DNA of 20,000 nucleotides from Atractiella rhizophila (GCA_021432655.1 MU271434.1:46316-66315), one strand, 5' to 3'; positions 1 through 9,537 are shown, numbered from the stretch's first letter. Program-made: numbers and translations. The notes: generated by a model from the letters alone, not told the origin.

Positions 1-1096
1 GGAATGGCGACGGCAGGTCCAATACCCATGATTCGTGGAGGTACTCCAACCACTGAGGCAGTGACAAAGCGTCCGAGGATGGGAAGACCGAGCTTTTTGG
101 CGACGGAACGGCGGGCGAGCAGGACGGCTGCTGCTCCATCTGACACCTGCGATCCATACCCTCTCAGCATGCTGCAGGTCATGAAGGAATAGAGAAGTGC
201 GAACCTGCGAAGCGTTACCAGCATGGGTAGAACCATCCTTCTTGAAAGCAGGCTTGAGCTTGCCCAAGCTCTCGGCGGTAACACCGTCCCTGAATCCATC
301 GTCCTTATCTACCGTCTTCTCATTCCCATTCTCATCCTTCACCACGACAGGTACGATTTCATCCCTGAACTTGCCTTCCTTCTGTGCCTTGAAAGCCTTC
401 TGGTAAGAAGACGCGGCAAACTCGTCCTGCTTCGCACGCGACACTTTGTATTCGGTCGCGACGTTCTCGGATGTGATACCCATGGGGACGAGACAGTCTG
501 CTGCCTCTTGGTTCGACATGACCTCGTCACTGAAACGCTCAGGGAAGACGCCGGGTCCGTAGTGAATGGTCATGCTCTCAACACCAGCACCGATACCAAT
601 ATCGATCTCACCTGTGTACAATGTTCGTCAGCACTTTGACAAGGGTTTGACGGAGAGTGACGAACCAGTCTGAATCTCCAATGCGATCTGGTTGATGGAG
701 GTAAGACCAGAAGAGCATTGACGGTTCACGGTATTCACGGCCGCGGTATGCGGGATTCCAGCAGCAAGAGCAGCCATACGCGCAATGTTGGCTCCTCCAC
801 CAGGGCAAAGGACAGTCCCGACAGCCACATCCTCAATGTATTTCGGGTCGATTCCTTCAGGTCGAAAGGATGGTAAGTCCCAACTTTGCCCAGATAATAA
901 CCCAAGTAAAAAGCATACCAGACTGCTTGATGACTCCCTTGAAGACTGTCAAGAGCAAATCATCAGGAACGACGTCCTTCAGTCCACCTTTCTTCGCTTT
1001 CGTAATCGGTGTCCTGAGTGCGGAAACAACGACGACGTCGTCTGGCGTTTGCCTCAAGATGGAGCTCTTTCCGCCGCGAGTGTTTGGTGCTGCCAT
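1..1096 (-). CDS. POT1: 3-ketoacyl-CoA thiolase (thiolase I, POT1/FOX3-like); 3' end runs off the window
   Basis: Exons 1096-919, 854-666, 611-205, 146-<1, joined by GT-AG introns. Translation gives DDVVVVSALRTPITKAKKGG, the active-site motif VNRQCSSG, GAGVESMT, GNASQVSDGAAAVLL and GVPPRIMGIGP, all typical thiolase motifs. Confidence 0.93.
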
Positions 1097-1331
1097 TGCG
1101 ATCGTAGAAGGGATCTTTTCTGTTTGTGATTGGATGGGAAAAGCTGGAGAACGGGGAAATGCTCTGAGGCAACAGGTGTTTTATGCGACGTGTTGATTGC
1201 CGAGTTTCACGTGTTGCCCGGGGGGATGATGTGAGCGTGAAGCCGGAAACCTCAACCGGAACTTACCGCGGAATGTCTTTGCACGTCAAAAACGATGGAG
1301 TATTTAGGTTGGGATATACACAATATGTACT

Positions 1332-1404
1332 GCCTTGGTAGCTCAGTCGGTAGAGCATGAGACTTTTAATCTCAGGGTCGTGGGTTCGAGCCCCACCTAG
1401 GGCG
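1332..1404 (+). tRNA. tRNA-Lys (anticodon UUU), intronless
   Basis: 73-nt cloverleaf: acceptor stem GCCTTGG/CTAGGGC, D arm with TAGCTCAGTCGG (A box), anticodon stem TGAGA/TCTCA with loop CTTTTAA, T loop GGTTCGAGCC (B box). Confidence 0.96.
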
Positions 1405-1405
1405 C

Positions 1406-1410
1406 TTTTT
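1406..1410 (+). terminator. RNA polymerase III oligo-dT terminator of the tRNA-Lys gene
   Basis: TTTTT begins 2 nt after the discriminator base; a further T8 run lies at 1421-1428. Confidence 0.75.
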
Positions 1411-1660
1411 GTTGGCTTAATTTTTTTTACTTTTGCCGGGAAGTAGTACCCGATAATAGCGAGCTCACCGAAGCTCCATGGTACCCAGCTCTTCCTCTTC
1501 TTCATTTCGGCCTATCTGTTCATTGCTCATTTGCAGCACCTCTGCAGTCTGAAGCGTCCCCCGTAAGCCGCGGAACCCGTCTTATAATAACCCTCACCCG
1601 CGTTATTGGACATTACCCACCAGTCTTCGAATCAAACCACTAGATTTTTAGTCCCACGTC

Positions 1661-2379
1661 ATGAGTACCCAAGCAACTATCAACGCCCTAGGAGCAGATA
1701 ATATCCGTCAATGGCTTGAAGGGTTCTGGGCTGCAGGTGGATACGGGTCAGAGGTCATGCAGAAGCTTCAACTGGTTTCATGCGAGTTGGAAGGCTTTGA
1801 AGTGGTGCAAGAGGATGGAGAGGACGTGTTGAAGAGCGGACGGGGAGCGAAGAGCACCGTTATCTTCAAATTGCTGGTTGACGAGTCTATGTGTAGTCCT
1901 ACCGGTACGTTTTTGCCTTCAACTCTCCAGACACTTTCTAACGTGAACACCTGTGGACATCTTTCGCCAGGTTTCATACATGGTGGTTGCACAGTAAGAA
2001 ATTGCTTCTCGTGATGTGGTAGATTGCTGATTCTCGTCCTAGGCATACCTTTTAGACGTTTGCACCTCGTTAGCTATACGGCCGTTCTCCAAACCTGGCT
2101 TTTGGTTCACGACGGGAATGAGCACTTCCCTCATCACCACCTTTCTAAACGCTGTCCCTTGCAATACTACCGTTTTGTATGCTACCTTCCTCAGCTCGAC
2201 GCAACCTGGACTAATTTGTTGTTCCACACAGACTTGTCAACCGGACATTATCACAAGGGAAGGCAGTAGCGTCCTATGACTTTGAAATGATCAGTGAGGA
2301 TGGGAAGACTATTTACGCGAAGGGCACTCATACAAAGGCTGACACTAATAAGGTCAATACAGCAGTTAGTAAACTGTAG
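1661..2379 (+). CDS. PaaI/ACOT13-like hot-dog-fold acyl-CoA thioesterase with C-terminal PTS1 (SKL), about 182 aa
   Basis: Exons 1661-1904, 1971-1993, 2043-2176, 2232-2379 splice into one open frame. It contains MCSPTGFIHGGCTAYLLDVCTS (HGG...D motif), GMSTSLITTFL and AKGTHTK, and ends AVSKL*. Confidence 0.88.
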
Positions 2380-2448
2380 ATTTGAATCTTAGATTGCATG
2401 CTCTATTCACTTCGTTCTCATGCTCTATTTACAACATTACTCGGGACC

Positions 2449-3307
2449 TCAGCTTTGCTTTGACAGGAAGTCGATCATCTTCTCCAGTGCCCTTGCTCGA
2501 TGAGAGATAGCGTTCTTTTCTTCTGAGGCCATTTCCGCATACCTATAACAGCATTAGTTCACATTGTAGCTTGTGACATGGAGCTCCTCACGTCTTCCCA
2601 GTTTCCTCAGCTTCAAATACAGGATCCCAACCAAAGTTCTGAAACAAGAATTAACTCTTTTCACAAAAACAGGATGGCATCACGAACAGGGGGACCACGA
2701 GGTGGAACGATCTTTCCATCTGTGCTGCCTTGAAACATTTGTGGCTTCGAGACGGTACCATCGACAATTTCACAATAACCGAACGTGCAAATTGCTTTTG
2801 CCCCTTTGTCGTCAAAGCCGGAAAGCATACTATTGAGGCCTACGAACGATTGAGCACTCAACTACTTCGAAGCAGATGAAGACATGAAAGCACACCGTTC
2901 AAACCCAACGATTTGAGAAACCATTTGATGTATGGGCCAGGAAGCTCTCCCATGGCGTTGAAACATAGCGCCGTATCTTCAGTTACGACTGCGACCTTTC
3001 CGACAGTAGCTTCTTTCCCTGTCTCCTGCAACAGAGCTTCAGCAGCTCGCTCAACTTTTGCGAGAGCGATGGAGGCGATTGTTCCCTGTAATTCAGGGAC
3101 TATTTGACGTTTATACCTCTGTAGAATTGCAAACGACGTACGGTCGAGATCCAACGAGGTTATCTCCAGCCTAGATGTGACTGAAGAGCACCTCGCGTAA
3201 CTTATTAGCGTTTCCGGTAACAAAGACTTAATTCTTTCATCAGAGACATTCACTCCATCATAAGAATACTTGCCTAATTTTGACGGTGCAAAAGAAATCT
3301 CAGCCAT
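2449..3307 (-). CDS. HAM1: Inosine triphosphate pyrophosphatase (ITPase, Ham1 family); apparent frameshift near 3170-3190, possible pseudogene or sequence error
   Basis: Motifs [58 protein letters not shown] and [12 protein letters not shown]. Intron 1 is GC-AG (3273-3227) and intron 2 is 3141-3100. The TGNANK exon hits TAG at 3173-3171 and is out of frame with LEITSLDL downstream. Confidence 0.9.
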
Positions 3308-3460
3308 ACTCGAAGTACTAAACTACTGAAGCAGAAGGATCAGGCTTTTTTGAGCTCCCAAGCGTGTGGGCCAAGTAGTAGATAAGATGGATGAAATAGT
3401 CGAGAATCAAGACACTGACAGGTTGAGGAAAGCAAAGAATATATTTGTCAGGTTCATACA

Positions 3461-3468
3461 GTCACGTG
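3461..3468. promoter_or_regulatory. E-box/Cbf1-type site GTCACGTG in the HAM1-HDAC A divergent promoter
   Basis: Exact RTCACGTG lies near the middle of the 315-bp divergent gap. A TCACGTG also occurs at 1207-1213 upstream of the thiolase. Confidence 0.35.
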
Positions 3469-3622
3469 CTCTTTAGGTCGTCCCTTTGTCTTGGGTCAGG
3501 AACACAGAAAACAATGAGCGACGAGTGTCTGCCCTGATGCAACATCCCTCTTTGTATTCTCTCGCATCAAAGATACCAAAAACCTGTATATAACGAGAAG
3601 AAAACCCAGCGGGATCAAAGAT

Positions 3623-6444
3623 ATGGCCTACCCGTCCCCTGCAAGTTCTCCAACGGCAAAGCTGTTACCTGTTTCTAATGCTCTGGGTGGTGGAGTGGGG
3701 ACATCTAAGAGAGATGTAGCTTACTACTATGATGGTAAGTCCTTCCTGTCACTCTACACGTGGCAAACGGACCTGTGTTTAATTTGGGAGAAACCCTTGG
3801 ATCTCGGCCAATTTGCATATTCTGCAACTCGTCTCCATTCGTCTGAGTTATAGATGACACGAGAAATACCTGAAGGAGAAAAGAAGGAGAAAATCTTTGA
3901 GATGAAACTGTTACTCATGTGATGTGCGAATAAGCTGTGTTAGTCAGCTCATGAAGCTGGTCGGCGTAATACTGCATGCACCAGCAGTCTGGACGGGATT
4001 GATTTAGCTATGACAGCTACGGGTAGCTGTCCACTCTGTATCGCTACTTTTCGATTGAGTAAAACGATCCAGCATGACTGTATTCATGGCTCAATGACGC
4101 ATAACATGGCTGGTTCTCTTTGAGTCTAAATGTCAACTTGCGGAGCTACAAACTAATTTCCGTTGATAGAGGACATTGCCTGCTATGGGTATACGCCGAC
4201 CCATCCAATGCGCGTACGCCTTCTCTAACTCTATCAATCAAGCTCACAGCATCCCGTAGCCTCATCGAATACATATCACTCACAACTTGATTCAAGCCTA
4301 TGAGCTAGATCAACGTATGGATGTCATCGTAAGAGTTTGCGTCCTTTTATGCATAAGGCTTATGATCGGATAGCGACCGAATAGACCGACTCCTCAGCAA
4401 CTGACCACCTTTCACACGGACGAGTATATCGATATTCTTTACAACCTAAATCTCAACCTCGACCAGAAATACTTTGATAAAGCTACTGGTGGAGGCAAAA
4501 GATGTATGTTTGACTTTGACGTGGCCAACACCTAAATCTAAACTGCTGGCTAGTCCTTGTGGGAGATGACTGCCCAGCTTTCAGTGGCATCTATGACTTC
4601 TGTTCAATCTCGGCTGGTGGCTCCATTGGTTTGTTTCCTCCTCCTTCGAAAGAATTGGAATTTGACTGTTGGACAGCCGGAGCACGACGCCTCAACTCGA
4701 GAAAAGCGGATATTGCGATAAATTGGGCTGGCGGCCTTCACCATGCGAAGAAGCGGGAAAGCAGTGGGTTCTGCTACGTGAACGGTTTGTTCAATTCTCT
4801 TGTACGAGTGTGAGCTCAGAATGCGTTACTCGTAGACATCGTGTTGGGCATTTTAGAGCTTCTCAAATACCACACGAGAGTACTTTACATAGACATCGAT
4901 CTGCATCATGGAGACGGAGTCGAAGAAGCATTTTACACCACGGACAGAGTCCTTACCTGCAGCTTTCACAAGGTTTGTCTGCCTTCCTGGAGCTCACAGC
5001 TAATGATTTGTAGTATGATGGTGATTTCTTCCCTGCTACTGGGGCGCTCGAAGATCTTGGGCAGGGAAAGTGCGTCTCTTTCTCATTCAAGGGAGAGCAC
5101 AACCGACTGTCAGCACCAGAGGCAAGAATTACGCAATTAACGTACCGTTGAAAGATGGAATCGACGATGAGACATTCATGCGCGTTTTCCAACCGGTGAG
5201 CAGGAGGCCGTATTTATAGAAACTGCATGACGTAGATTGGTAAAGGTCGTTCGGAACATCATCCAGCATTACCAGCCAACAGCCATCGTGCTCCAGTGCG
5301 GCGCGGATTCGTTGAGCGGAGACAGGCTTGGCTACTTCAATCTCACCATGGAGGGTAAGCTTTAGATTTCTCACTATTGCTCACTCTGATATCGTCCAGG
5401 ACATGCTGCCTGTGTTGCCTTCGTCCGATCATTCAACATTCCCACAATGTTGCTCGGTGGCGGAGGTTATACGGTGCGCAACGTTGCCAGGGCATGGGCT
5501 TACGAAACTGCCACCGCTATCGGGTGTCAGATGGAATTATCAAGGGAGATTCCTTGGAATGATTTCTACGAGTGGTTTGGTCCTGAGTATAAGCTCGAGA
5601 TCCCAATGACGAATGCCCCGAATGCGAATACGGACAAAGATATGCAGCGAATTGTGTCAGTCCCTTTTCCATGAATGTATCATTCAGCTAATGGAAATAT
5701 AGAGAGACAATTACAGAGAGACTGAGAGCACTTCCACACGCTCCATCAGTCGGATCTCGTATTCTTTCAACACAAGATGGGGAGTCTTCCGACGAGGAGT
5801 CAGACCCAGAGATACCACCTAGCGCTATCCTTGACGGGATCCGACCACCTTCTCCGCAACTCGAGCTGCCGATTGATTTGAGTGAATTAGGATCTCCAAT
5901 CCGTGCAGGCAAACGTTCTCGGCGACACTATGAGTCTCGAACTCCTTCTCCTCCTGGCGACAAAGATTCAGAATATCATTCAAGACGGACCCCTCAAATT
6001 CAAAACGAAGAATGGGGATATGTCGTGGGTAGCTCGTTGGAAAGGCGCAAACAGCCGTCTAGGTTGTCCTCAAAAAATTCGCGGGGTGTTGCCAATATCG
6101 CAATGCCGCTTTTGCCTCCTCATCCCAATGGAGACGAAGTTGTACAGGATGAGGACACAGAAATGGATGTTGACGACCAACCTCCCTTACAACCACCCAG
6201 ACGGTTCTTTCCTAAAGCCAGGAAGACAATGATCTCACTTCCTGCCACGATGCCTTCAACGGCATGGCAAATGGAGAATGGTTATCCGAGCCCTTCTGAC
6301 GGTGCAATTGAGAATCTGTCATCCGAGGACGAAGCTCAGGCGGAGGAGCAGGAGGATGAGGAGGATGAAGAGGACAAGTCCGGCCACAATCGTTGGTTTG
6401 TACATGACATCAGGACGATGACTGGCTTTCGAGAGGCACTTTAG
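3623..6444 (+). CDS. Class I histone deacetylase, Rpd3/Clr6-like (tandem copy A)
   Basis: About 12 exons. Motifs [85 protein letters not shown] and [12 protein letters not shown]; catalytic His pair, Zn ligands and Tyr are intact. Acidic disordered tail ends at TAG 6442-6444. Confidence 0.93.
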
Positions 6445-6562
6445 TGGGTTGGATCAGTTTAACTTCTGTGATAAGCTATAGCAGGCAAAGGGTTGCATTA
6501 CATCATCGTTATTTGTTCTGAAGTTATAACGGGAACACATGTATTAACATTGTCCAATGAGG

Positions 6563-6610
6563 ACCACTGAATAGGGTTCAAACCGACTGAACCCTATCTC
6601 AGTCGGTGGT
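6563..6610. repeat. Compound imperfect inverted repeat between the two HDAC genes
   Basis: ATAGGGTTCA (6571-6580) pairs with TGAACCCTAT (6588-6597), and ACCGACTGA (6582-6590) pairs with TCAGTCGGT (6599-6607). Confidence 0.8.
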
Positions 6611-6733
6611 ACGTACCGCTTGCTCGCATTCCTCCAAAAGCGACAATACTTGCTTGAACTCGATTGGGCTTCTGGTTCACACTTTCAGCACAACTCTTGC
6701 TTCTTCAGAACGAAAAACCTCTTACAGCGGATA

Positions 6734-9413
6734 ATGGACTTTGGAGCGATTAGTAACGCATTGAGCGGCGGAACTACAGTGTCACAGAGAACAGTAGCAT
6801 ATTATTACGACGGTAAGCTGTTCTTCTATAAGCTCTAGGTATCTACACCATGTTAGTAGCTTTGCATGTGATTGCGAATTTACTGCGAAATCTCTTACCG
6901 GAAACACTTCTTTACGCTACAATGTCCTCCATTTCATACTATCCCCATTTCAGCGTTTGATTCTTCATAGTCAAAGGATCGCTCTAAATCTGTTGATTCT
7001 CTTTATTTCAACGCGCTTACTAATGATTTGATAGATGATATTGGAACATATATGCTAGCCGAAACAAATCCTATGAGGGTACTTCTTCCTTCTTGCTCCA
7101 ACAATCTGACTCCTTGATAGCCACACCGTACCAAAATAACACACGACCTAGTTAGAGCGTATGGGCTGGACGAAAAGATGGATGTGCTCGTACGTCGTTC
7201 ACCCGTCCTAGCATTGTTGTGCTGAACTGTTCTTATTCTGCAGAAACCAAGGCGGTCTACTGCACAAGACATGACTGCGTTCCACACCGACGAATACGTG
7301 GATGTATTACACACCTTGAACCTCGCTTCAAAAGACTGGAAGAAATTGACGGGGAATGGAAGTCGATGTTCGTAGCTTTCTTCCACTCGGGAGCAACAGA
7401 CCCACTCTAGTCCGCGTAGTCGTCTGTGTCGTAGAGCAAGACTGTCCAGCGTTCGACGGTGTTTTTGAGTTCGTCAGCATTTCAGCAGGTGGATCTGTGG
7501 AAGCTGCGAAGAGATTAAACTCAGGGAAGGCTGACATTGGGATTAATTGGGCCGGAGGCTTGCATCACGCCAAAAAGGTGGAAAGCAGTGGTTTCTGCTA
7601 TGTCAATGGTATGGCTTATTTACAATAGTCGCAAAGCTGACATACTGTCTGCAGACATTGTCCTGGGAATTTTGGAGCTCTTAAAGTAACGTCTGGCACC
7701 GTCCGTTGAGAATCCTGCTAATTGTGCATAAAGGCATCATCAACGCGTATTGTACATCGATATAGACGTGAGTTATATTTTGTTCCTGGCGTGAATGAGG
7801 CTGATGATTTCTAGGTGCACCACGGTGACGGAGTAGAAGAGGCTTTCTATACTACGGATCGTGTGATGACTTGCTCTTTCCACAGAGTATGTCAAAACCC
7901 TCTTGTTTGTCTGCTCTGAAAGCTCCTCAGTATGGTGGCTTCTTCCCTTGGACAGGGGCTCTCGATGATGTTGGAATTTCGAGGTGAGTCTGCTTACGTG
8001 GATGTGCGTAGCATTGACCTTTCAATTAGAGGAAAAAATTATTCGATCAATGTACCCTTGAAAGAGGGAATTGACGATACGCAGTTCCACCAACTTTTCC
8101 AACCGGTGGCAGTTCCCGCTTCTTGTCTTTAATTGCATCTCATGTAAGGACAGGTGATTCGAGGCATCATGGAGCATTTCCAACCCGGTGCTGTCGTATT
8201 GCAGTGTGGAGCTGATTCCCTTGCTGGTGATAAATTAGGGCCTTTCAATCTCAGCATGGAAGGTAGGTGCTCATTGCACAGGGATATAACCTGACGATCA
8301 AGTAGGCCACGCCGCTTGCGTATCCTTCGTTCGATCTTTCAACGTCCCCATGATGGTTCTCGGAGGGGGTGGGTATACCTTGAAGAATGTTGCTCGAACT
8401 TGGGCATATGAAACGGCAACTGCCATTGGCTGTCAAAATGAACTCGACAGGGAACTTCCTTGGAACGATTACTTCGACTGGTTTGGACCAGATTACAAAC
8501 TCCAGGTCCTCCCCACCAATGCTGCCAACATGAATTCTCAGAAGGATGTGGACCTCATCCTGTACAGATCTTTCCCCATTGTTACCTTTCTCACACTGAT
8601 CATGTGGCAGTGAAACTATTACTGAACGACTGAGGAGCCTAAGTCACGCCCCGAGCGTAGGCATGAAGCGATTGGGTGACTTTGAGAGCGAGGAGGAAGA
8701 AAGTGACGATGAAGATGCACAGAATATGCGCCGTATGTTGGCCCACTCCGACCTCAGTCAGTCTGACTAAAGAGAGAACCACAATAGTTGAGCCAGCGCT
8801 CCCCGAAATTCACGTCAACGGCAATGGCCGTCCCCGTCCGCGATATCGCGAAGCAACAACATCAGAGAACGAATCAGCTGAAGACGAAACTCGGACCCGC
8901 CACGGCCTCAACACACGCAACCGCTCCCGATCAGGTGGAACTCCTGTTGCCGAGGATCCTAATGACGCCATCCCATCTAGGAAGAGGCGGAGGAAGAACG
9001 TGTCTTTGCTCGACATCCCTGATATGGATGGTCAAGATGAGGAGCAACCGCCTCAATCCCTCAGCAGGGCATCAGGGAGGCAGATTGCGACCCTTTACGA
9101 CGACGAAATGACGCTCTACTCTGCCAGCGAGGACTTGGCTGCGAATAAAAGGGAAAAAAGACCAGTTCGCTACTTTTTCACCAATCGCGCTAAAAGCGCG
9201 GCTGGCTCGGCGGGAGTGACGCCTGTCGTCACAAATGAGGCGAATGGACATTTGCATGTCTCAGACGACGAATTGGACATTGAAGCGCTTCAAGAAGAAG
9301 AAGGAGACGATGACGGCGATGACGGTCATCTCGTGGAACCAAAAGGGCTGATGAAAGCGAGACTGCGATTTTTACCCGATATACGAAGCTTGCCGGGTTT
9401 TGAAGACTTCTAA
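6734..9413 (+). CDS. Class I histone deacetylase, Rpd3/Clr6-like (tandem copy B)
   Basis: About 14 exons. Motifs [74 protein letters not shown] and [12 protein letters not shown]. The tail has an NLS-like RKRRRK; stop TAA at 9411-9413. Confidence 0.93.
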
Positions 9414-9537
9414 TCTGTGCATGATTTCTTGAAATGGTGCTGTTTAGTTTTGTATACTCAGTGATTGAATGCTTGTGTTTCTCTTTGTCAACAGATATGC
9501 GATTTACAAATACATTGCATGCTCTTTCATGAGTTGA

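Noticed and set aside
4..1196. Several + strand ORFs (223-639, 785-1129, 870-1196 and others)
   Set aside because: They are antisense shadows of the thiolase exons with no independent motifs.
1263..1505. 80-aa minus-strand ORF
   Set aside because: It is an antisense read of the tRNA-Lys gene (GARTHDPEIKSLML is a typical tRNA-derived spurious peptide).
2858..3307. 149-aa ORF taken as a genuine single exon of HAM1
   Set aside because: It reads through two introns and skips the conserved VFVTGNANK motif, which lies in another frame.
3916..3931. GTGATGT as box C of a C/D snoRNA
   Set aside because: No downstream CTGA box D was found in either paralogue's intron, and I recognised no rRNA guide sequence.
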